DNA of 64,000 nucleotides from Ignavibacteriota bacterium (GTDB lineage Bacteria; Bacteroidota; Ignavibacteria; Palsa-1295): NCBI GenBank assembly GCA_963787835.1, contig CAWBEI010000005.1, positions 80,998 to 144,997 of the forward strand, read 5' to 3'. Shown piece by piece: positions 58,485 to 64,000 of this stretch (position 1 is its first letter; each line of letters starts with the position of its first letter). The notes under the pieces were generated by a model. It saw only the letters and a program-made list of their open reading frames with translations, ran no database searches and was not told where the DNA came from. The position numbers and the translations under genes were made by a program.

Positions 58485-58494
58485 ATCCCAGGTG

Positions 58495-58920
58495 TTACGA
58501 ATGCGGGAAGATCTGATAGAGCATGAAGTAGATCACCACGCCCGTTACACTAACATACATCCAGATGGGATATGTCCATTTTGCGATGGCCCGATGCTTT
58601 TTAAATCGCTTCCGAAGGCCGCGTGACAATGTAATAGTGGCGAGTACGGGAACCGTGACGGCAAGAATAGTATGGGATGTCAGGAGCGTAAAATAAATCG
58701 GTCTCCAAATACCGGTTCCATCGAAATACACGATCCCGGCATTGAAGTGATAAATGAGATACGAGGCCAGGAACACGATCGAAACGCAAAACGCCGATAT
58801 CATCAGCGCCCTATGTTGAGGAATAGCTTTGTTCCGGATCCTATTTCGTGCGGCGAAAAGTAATACTGCACATGTTCCGTTGAGTGTTGCGTTTATTGCT
58901 GGCAGATCTGAAATGCTCAC
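58495..58920 (-). CDS. DUF420 membrane protein (SCO1-associated)
   Basis: 141 aa; 4 TM segments; 4-bp overlap with the SCO1 gene. Confidence 0.55.
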   Translation of the reverse strand: MSISDLPAINATLNGTCAVLLFAARNRIRNKAIPQHRALMISAFCVSIVFLASYLIYHFNAGIVYFDGTGIWRPIYFTLLTSHTILAVTVPVLATITLSRGLRKRFKKHRAIAKWTYPIWMYVSVTGVVIYFMLYQIFPHS

Positions 58921-59537
58921 GGATTCCCCTCATTTTCAAGTGCATCGATATCCGCAAGTAATTGCTTCTGCCCGTCGGGATCCAATCCATTGTAGTATCC
59001 ACGAATGTGACCTTGCTTATCCATCAGCGCAAATCTCGGACTATGCACGATAGGAATTCGCTGCTCGCCGCCAACAGAATCGAGCGGCAAATGGAATCCA
59101 TCCTTTACCAGCGAATAGATCGAAGCTGTTGTTCCGGTGAGGAATGTCCATCGTTCGGTATTGGCATGGTGCGCAATGGCATATTCGCGAAGTGTATCGG
59201 GAGTATCGTGCTGAGGATCAACGCTGATGGATGCAAAGTAGATCTTACGTTTATCATTGAGCTCGTTCTGCAGTTCGATCATTTTGGAGGTCAGCATCGG
59301 ACAAATGCTTGAGCAATGGGTGAAGATCAGGTCGGCGACCCAAATATGCCCTTTGAAATTTTGAAGCGATGCCGTCATCCCATTTTCATCGACCAGCGAA
59401 AAATTGGGGAGCTGGCCAAAATCCTCCACATGGCGAGTATGTTCGCGTTCCCATTTGGCAATCGCAAAGCCTGCAATAAGTATCAGCGAGATAGAGAGTA
59501 CACCCCAAAGAAGGCGTTGAGTAGTCCGTGACGGCAT
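58917..59537 (-). CDS. SCO1/SenC copper chaperone (thioredoxin-like)
   Basis: ADLIFTHCSSICP (CxxxC); N-terminal TM anchor; 206 aa. Confidence 0.8.
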   Translation of the reverse strand: MPSRTTQRLLWGVLSISLILIAGFAIAKWEREHTRHVEDFGQLPNFSLVDENGMTASLQNFKGHIWVADLIFTHCSSICPMLTSKMIELQNELNDKRKIYFASISVDPQHDTPDTLREYAIAHHANTERWTFLTGTTASIYSLVKDGFHLPLDSVGGEQRIPIVHSPRFALMDKQGHIRGYYNGLDPDGQKQLLADIDALENEGNP

Positions 59538-59665
59538 AAGTATGATCTTAACACTCCAGCACCAAAGGCCGTGCCAATTTTGATTTTGTGAAAAGTAGTT
59601 TGTGATCTTTTTATGTAAACTACTATTGCCTGAACGTGGTTTTCATCGCCCTGCAAAACAGGTTT

Positions 59666-59749
59666 GCCCTCGTGGCGTAATTGGTAGCCGCAAGGGACTT
59701 AAAATCCCTTGGTCGTAAGGCCGTGCCGGTTCGAGTCCGGCCGAGGGCA
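59666..59749 (+). tRNA. tRNA-Leu (anticodon TAA)
   Basis: GCCCTCG acceptor stem, anticodon loop CTTAAAA, long variable arm, T-arm GGTTCGAGTCC, discriminator A; no encoded CCA. Confidence 0.8.
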
Positions 59750-59765
59750 CATAGGTGATCTGCTA

Positions 59766-61391
59766 TTAAATATCTTCAGGCACCATTTCGATGGCACCGC
59801 AGGGGCACTCGGCAACGCATACGCCGCAGCCTTTGCAGTAATCGTAGTTGAACTCAAATCTTTTGCCAGTCCCAAGTTTTATCACGGCGTTATCGGGACA
59901 AACAGCAAAACAATTATCGCATTCGAAGCAATTTCCGCAGGACATGCATCTGCGTGCCTCGAAGAGTGCATTCGTTTCGTCTAAACCTCCAACCACTTCA
60001 CCGAACGTTGTTCGCCGGCGAAGCATGTCAAGCACAGGTTGGATGGTCTTGTCGGCATCAGAATAGTACCAGGTGTTAAGTTTGTCAGAAGTGGCCAGCG
60101 CATGTTTTGCAGCTGGTTCAAGGCTTATACCTCTAAGGTAAGCATCTATATTCCGTGCTGCTTTCTTGCCATGTCCTGCGGCAACGGTGATTGTTCGCTC
60201 GGATGGAACCATGTCACCACCGGCAAAAATGCCGGGATGTCCAGTCATCATGTCTGTGTTGACTTTCACGACGCCATCTTTGTCATGCTCGATACCGGGC
60301 ACGCGATCGAGCACGCTGGTATCGACATCCTGCCCGAGCGCGAGCACGACCATATCGCCTTCAATCACTTCAAATTCACCGGTCGGTTGGGGATACCCAT
60401 TTGCATCGAGCTCCATCTTCTCGACCGTGATGCTTTCGCCACTCATGTGCTTGATCGTTTCGAGCCATCGAAATTGGATACCTTCTTCGACTGCTTCTTC
60501 AACTTCGAAATCATGCGCAGGCATTTTTTCTCGTGTTCGGCGATAGACAATGATCGCTTCATTGCCCAATCGTCGGGCTGTGCGTGCCACATCGAGCGCG
60601 GTATTGCCACCACCATAAACGATTACTCGACGGCCAAGCTGAGCGGGTTCGGCGCTTTCCATCGTACGCAATACACCGAGCGCGTCGAGAATTCGTCCCG
60701 CATCTGGAGATGGAATGTCAACGCGTTTGGAAAGATGTGCCCCGATCGCTACGAAGCAGGCATCGAATCCTTCCCGCTCTATGAGCGCAGGAATGTCTTC
60801 GACTTTTTCATTCAAACGCAAGGTCACCCCGAGATCGAGAATGCGTTGGATCTCAGAATTTACCACACCGCGCGGAAGGCGGTAGGCTGGAATACCAAAC
60901 CGCATCATGCCTCCGGGAACCGCACCTGCTTCGACGATTGTAACGGCGTGACCAAATCGAGCAAGATGATATGCTGCTGAAAGTCCGCTTGGACCCGCGC
61001 CAACAATAAGCACTTTTTTACCGGTGGGTTCAGTAGAAATGTTCACTTTCCAACCCTCTGAAATTGCGCGATCCCCAAGGAATCGTTCTACTGCGTGGAT
61101 GCTTACTGGTTCATCGAGTTGTGCGCGATTGCATGCGGTCTCGCAGGGATGGTAACAGGCCCGTCCCATAATTGCAGGGAAGGGGTTGTTCTTCATGATC
61201 TCTTCCCAGGCTGCGCGATAATTTCCTTCCTCCGCATGATACAGCCAGGCTTGAATATTCTCGCCGGCTGGACACCCGTTGTTGCAAGGCGGAAGACGAT
61301 CAATGTATTGAGGTCGCTCGGTGCGCCACGCGCCCGTGTGATTGGAGAGGCTCGAACCAGTCGGCAGAGATACTGCAAAATGATCCTTCAT
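59766..61391 (-). CDS. GltD-like NAD(P)H oxidoreductase fused to a 2x[4Fe-4S] ferredoxin domain (delta-like subunit of the OFOR operon)
   Basis: VLIVGAGPSGLSAAYHLA FAD/NAD fold; C-terminal CMSCGNCFECDNCFAVCP...CKGCGVCVAECPCGAI. Confidence 0.75.
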   Translation of the reverse strand: MKDHFAVSLPTGSSLSNHTGAWRTERPQYIDRLPPCNNGCPAGENIQAWLYHAEEGNYRAAWEEIMKNNPFPAIMGRACYHPCETACNRAQLDEPVSIHAVERFLGDRAISEGWKVNISTEPTGKKVLIVGAGPSGLSAAYHLARFGHAVTIVEAGAVPGGMMRFGIPAYRLPRGVVNSEIQRILDLGVTLRLNEKVEDIPALIEREGFDACFVAIGAHLSKRVDIPSPDAGRILDALGVLRTMESAEPAQLGRRVIVYGGGNTALDVARTARRLGNEAIIVYRRTREKMPAHDFEVEEAVEEGIQFRWLETIKHMSGESITVEKMELDANGYPQPTGEFEVIEGDMVVLALGQDVDTSVLDRVPGIEHDKDGVVKVNTDMMTGHPGIFAGGDMVPSERTITVAAGHGKKAARNIDAYLRGISLEPAAKHALATSDKLNTWYYSDADKTIQPVLDMLRRRTTFGEVVGGLDETNALFEARRCMSCGNCFECDNCFAVCPDNAVIKLGTGKRFEFNYDYCKGCGVCVAECPCGAIEMVPEDI

Positions 61392-62440
61392 AATGAGACC
61401 TCCTTTGGCAATAAGTTATACTTTTTGATATTCTTATTCGCGATAGCTTGTAATGCAGCGAGGCGAACTTCATCGCGCTGAGGTTTGAAGAGATGCGCAA
61501 ACCGTCCTTGCGAGATCAGGTATTCTTCGACAGGAATTTGCCGGCGGATCGGATTGGAACGAACGATCTCGCCATGTTCAGCTTCGAAGATCGGGAACGA
61601 ACCTGATTCTACTGCAAGACGGGCTACGCGGATCGTATCGCGGGATGCATGAGCCCAGCCGAGTGGGCATGGTACAAAGATGTGGATGTATCGCGCGCCA
61701 CGGAGCGTCATTGCATGAGTCACTTTCGCTTCGAGATCGTGGAGATCTGCAACGCTTGCGGTAGCAACATAAGGAATGTTATGTGCAATAGCAATACTCG
61801 GCACGTCTTTGCCGATCCCAAATGGATTTCCGGGTGCAGAGCCAAGCGCTGGCGTTGTGGCTGTTCGAGCTGCGGGTGGTGTTGCACTCGAACGCTGAAC
61901 TCCGGTATTCATATATCCTTGATTATCGTAGCAGATATAAAGTACATCATCGTTTCGCTCGAACATTCCGCTGAGACAGCCGAAGCCAATGTCGGTAGTA
62001 CCTCCATCGCCGCCTTGCGCGACGACGCGGATATCTTCTCTATGTTGACGTCGCAATGCTGCCGCCACGCCAGAGGCAACAGCGGCAGCATTACCGAAAA
62101 GCGAATGAAGCCAGGGAAGCTGCCAGGAACTTTCAGGATAGGGTGTCGAGAATACTTCTAAACACCCCGTTGCGTTTACGGCGATCACCTTGCCATTAGT
62201 GGCACGAATGGCTGCATCGAGCGCATAACGTGCACCAAGTGCCTCTCCGCATCCCTGACAAGCACGATGACCGCACGTGATGGCATTCGATCGCTCCTGC
62301 GAGGCTTGAACTGTCCGCAGTTCAACGTTCAGCAAGCGATTGCCTGCGGTGAACGTACCAGTCTGGTAAAACTTTATTTTCTGGGCTGACTCGATCATGC
62401 TGCCTCCAATGATTCTGTTTTCTTGGCGATCATTTCCCAA
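61388..62440 (-). CDS. 2-oxoacid:ferredoxin oxidoreductase beta subunit (TPP-binding)
   Basis: CGHRACQGCGEA...GGDGG...; 350 aa. Confidence 0.8.
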   Translation of the reverse strand: MGNDRQENRIIGGSMIESAQKIKFYQTGTFTAGNRLLNVELRTVQASQERSNAITCGHRACQGCGEALGARYALDAAIRATNGKVIAVNATGCLEVFSTPYPESSWQLPWLHSLFGNAAAVASGVAAALRRQHREDIRVVAQGGDGGTTDIGFGCLSGMFERNDDVLYICYDNQGYMNTGVQRSSATPPAARTATTPALGSAPGNPFGIGKDVPSIAIAHNIPYVATASVADLHDLEAKVTHAMTLRGARYIHIFVPCPLGWAHASRDTIRVARLAVESGSFPIFEAEHGEIVRSNPIRRQIPVEEYLISQGRFAHLFKPQRDEVRLAALQAIANKNIKKYNLLPKEVSL

Positions 62441-63582
62441 TTAAGATCGAGGAATGTTATCCCGTGCTCTTCGACTATTGGAATTTCTTCGAAAAATGTT
62501 CGTAGTGAAGCTTTGGTGATCGCTCGGCCGCCAAGACCCGCCACGACGCTGATCACAGGAATATTCAATCCTTCAAGAGCAAGCCGAATATCGGCAGCTA
62601 ATGGCCCACCCATCCCTGCAGTAATACTTTTTTCAACGACGACCACTTGCTCTGCACCCTTCAATGCTTCTCGAACAGAGGCTATTGGAAATGGACGGTA
62701 GCACGTAATAGCCAATGTGCCGATGGAGTGTCCTTTGTCCCTCAGCTCGTCGGTCACGTCGAGTATGGTTCCAATGACAGAACCCATTGCAACGACGACG
62801 GTATGGGCATTTTGTACTCCATATTCATGAAGTAGTCCACCGGAGTCACGCGCGAACATAGCCTCAAACTCCACCGCAGCTTGGGGAATAATGTTAAGCG
62901 CTCCGATCTGTTTTTGATGCGCGAGATAACGAACCTCCGCGTAAGCTTCCGGCCCGACAAGTGCGCCAATAGTTACCGGATGCTTTGGATCGAGTGAATA
63001 CTCCGGCTTGAACTCCCCAACGAATGCTGCAACCTGCACCTCATCAGGAATATCGAGGCGCTCATAGGCATGGGTTAATATAAATCCATCGACGCAGACC
63101 ATGACGGGTATGCCCAGCTGCTCTGCAATGCGAAACGCCTGAATGTGGAGATCAACTGCTTCCTGATTCGATTCGGCGAAGAGCATGATCCAGCCGGCAT
63201 CACGGAGGGCCATCGCGTCAGAATGATCGTTCCAGATATTGATCGGCGCGCCAATGGCACGCGTGCCGAGTGTCATCACGATGGGAAGTCCCATGCCGCT
63301 TGCATTATAGACTGCTTCCGTCATAAAGAGCAAACCCTGGCTCGATGTGGCAGTATAAGTCCGAACGCCAGTTGCAGAAGAGCCGATCGCCACGCTCATT
63401 GCTGCAAATTCGCTTTCGACATTGATGAATTCGCAATCTGGAAGTTCACCGGTGCGGACCATTTCGCCCAGGCCTTCGACAATGTGAGTTTGAGGTGTAA
63501 TTGGATATGCGCAGACTACTTTAGGCCTGCATAGCGCCACAGCTTCGGCAACGGCTCGCGACCCTTCGATCTGCTTCAGCAT
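62395..63582 (-). CDS. 2-oxoacid:ferredoxin oxidoreductase alpha subunit
   Basis: 395 aa; GSRAVAEAVALCRPKVVCAYPITPQT N-terminus typical of PorA/VorA. Confidence 0.8.
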   Translation of the reverse strand: MLKQIEGSRAVAEAVALCRPKVVCAYPITPQTHIVEGLGEMVRTGELPDCEFINVESEFAAMSVAIGSSATGVRTYTATSSQGLLFMTEAVYNASGMGLPIVMTLGTRAIGAPINIWNDHSDAMALRDAGWIMLFAESNQEAVDLHIQAFRIAEQLGIPVMVCVDGFILTHAYERLDIPDEVQVAAFVGEFKPEYSLDPKHPVTIGALVGPEAYAEVRYLAHQKQIGALNIIPQAAVEFEAMFARDSGGLLHEYGVQNAHTVVVAMGSVIGTILDVTDELRDKGHSIGTLAITCYRPFPIASVREALKGAEQVVVVEKSITAGMGGPLAADIRLALEGLNIPVISVVAGLGGRAITKASLRTFFEEIPIVEEHGITFLDLNWEMIAKKTESLEAA

Positions 63583-64000
63583 ATTTCCTCCGCGAGCTGC
63601 TTTTCTTCTTTGATTTCATCGTCAAGCATCCCGATCTCATCGACACTTTTTTGACGGGCCGCTTCGCTGGCAGCCGTTGCGGCTAAGATGTTTTTCTCCG
63701 CGATGTCGTCCTGAAATTTCTCGCGGATTGCTTGTGAAACAGAATGGATGCTGACTTCACCGGTTAGTGCAGCAAACGCACCGAGCAAAGCGGCATTCGG
63801 AATGGGGCGTCCAATGAATTTCATCGCAAGTTCCGTTGCGGGCACGCAGATAACGTGTCCCTCGGGAAGTTTATGTTTTAAACTTTGAAGTCCAAGTTCA
63901 CTCGGAGTCTTGCGGGAATTAATAAGCACAAAGCCATCGCCTCGAAGGCCATTGAAAATACCTTGCGTGTGGAGCAGGGTTGGGTCCTGGATGATGAGGG
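63576..64000 (-). CDS. 2-oxoacid:ferredoxin oxidoreductase gamma subunit (partial; continues beyond window end)
   Basis: ...GDGFVLINSRKTPSELGL...FIGRPIPNAALLGAFAALTG. The frame stays open upstream of the GTG-coded residue to the window edge. Confidence 0.7.
   Translation of the reverse strand, partial: LIIQDPTLLHTQGIFNGLRGDGFVLINSRKTPSELGLQSLKHKLPEGHVICVPATELAMKFIGRPIPNAALLGAFAALTGEVSIHSVSQAIREKFQDDIAEKNILAATAASEAARQKSVDEIGMLDDEIKEEKQLAEEIC

Noticed and set aside
60039-60980. 313-aa plus-strand ORF
   Set aside because: Antisense to the GltD-like/ferredoxin gene.

Overview
This 64-kb window looks like a bacterial chromosome from the Bacteroidota/Chlorobiota/Ignavibacteriota (FCB) group. The FCB assignment rests on two secreted proteins with T9SS-type C-terminal sorting domains and on an exbB-exbD-exbD-tonB-PstS-like-TPR block; overall GC is about 53-55%.

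Main content, in order along the window:
- A RelE/ParE-type toxin-antitoxin pair at the left edge, then two tandem paralogous lipoproteins.
- tuf fused directly to a ribosomal-protein cluster running rpsJ through rpmD. The cluster stops abruptly after rpmD; rplO and secY are not present.
- Housekeeping genes: an apparently frameshifted tsaC, an AtuA-like gene, a PfkB kinase, pip, an asparagine-synthetase-like gene lacking the N-terminal Cys, a rearranged pheS, a SufS-like gene, pheT, zapA, ychF, a vapBC pair, tRNA-Gly(CCC), the TonB/ExbBD block, an MFS transporter, an ankyrin-repeat protein, a Rieske protein, dnaG, SCO1 with a DUF420 partner, tRNA-Leu(UAA), and a 2-oxoacid:ferredoxin oxidoreductase operon ending in a GltD-like/ferredoxin fusion.

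The most striking feature is at least five families of short palindromic or MITE-like intergenic repeats (labelled A-E here). One 69-bp copy (family D) is inserted in-frame inside the pheS coding sequence. Three ~65-bp double-hairpin copies (family E) sit between cistrons of the ribosomal-protein operon. A ~125-bp family (A) lies 17-18 nt upstream of start codons.

pheS looks mosaic: its native N-terminal domain is left as an out-of-frame 87-aa ORF, followed by an AT-rich ~500-bp segment that supplies a new N-terminus.

The best candidate for an undescribed system is 51.1-54.9 kb: a small LuxR-type HTH regulator followed by three proteins with no family I can recognise. One is a 574-aa protein with a poly-proline N-terminus and about 45 cysteines; another is a putative outer-membrane beta-barrel. 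The block sits beside a secreted ankyrin-repeat protein and is flanked by AT-rich DNA.

All calls come from reading the sequence and ORF translations by eye. No database searches were run.
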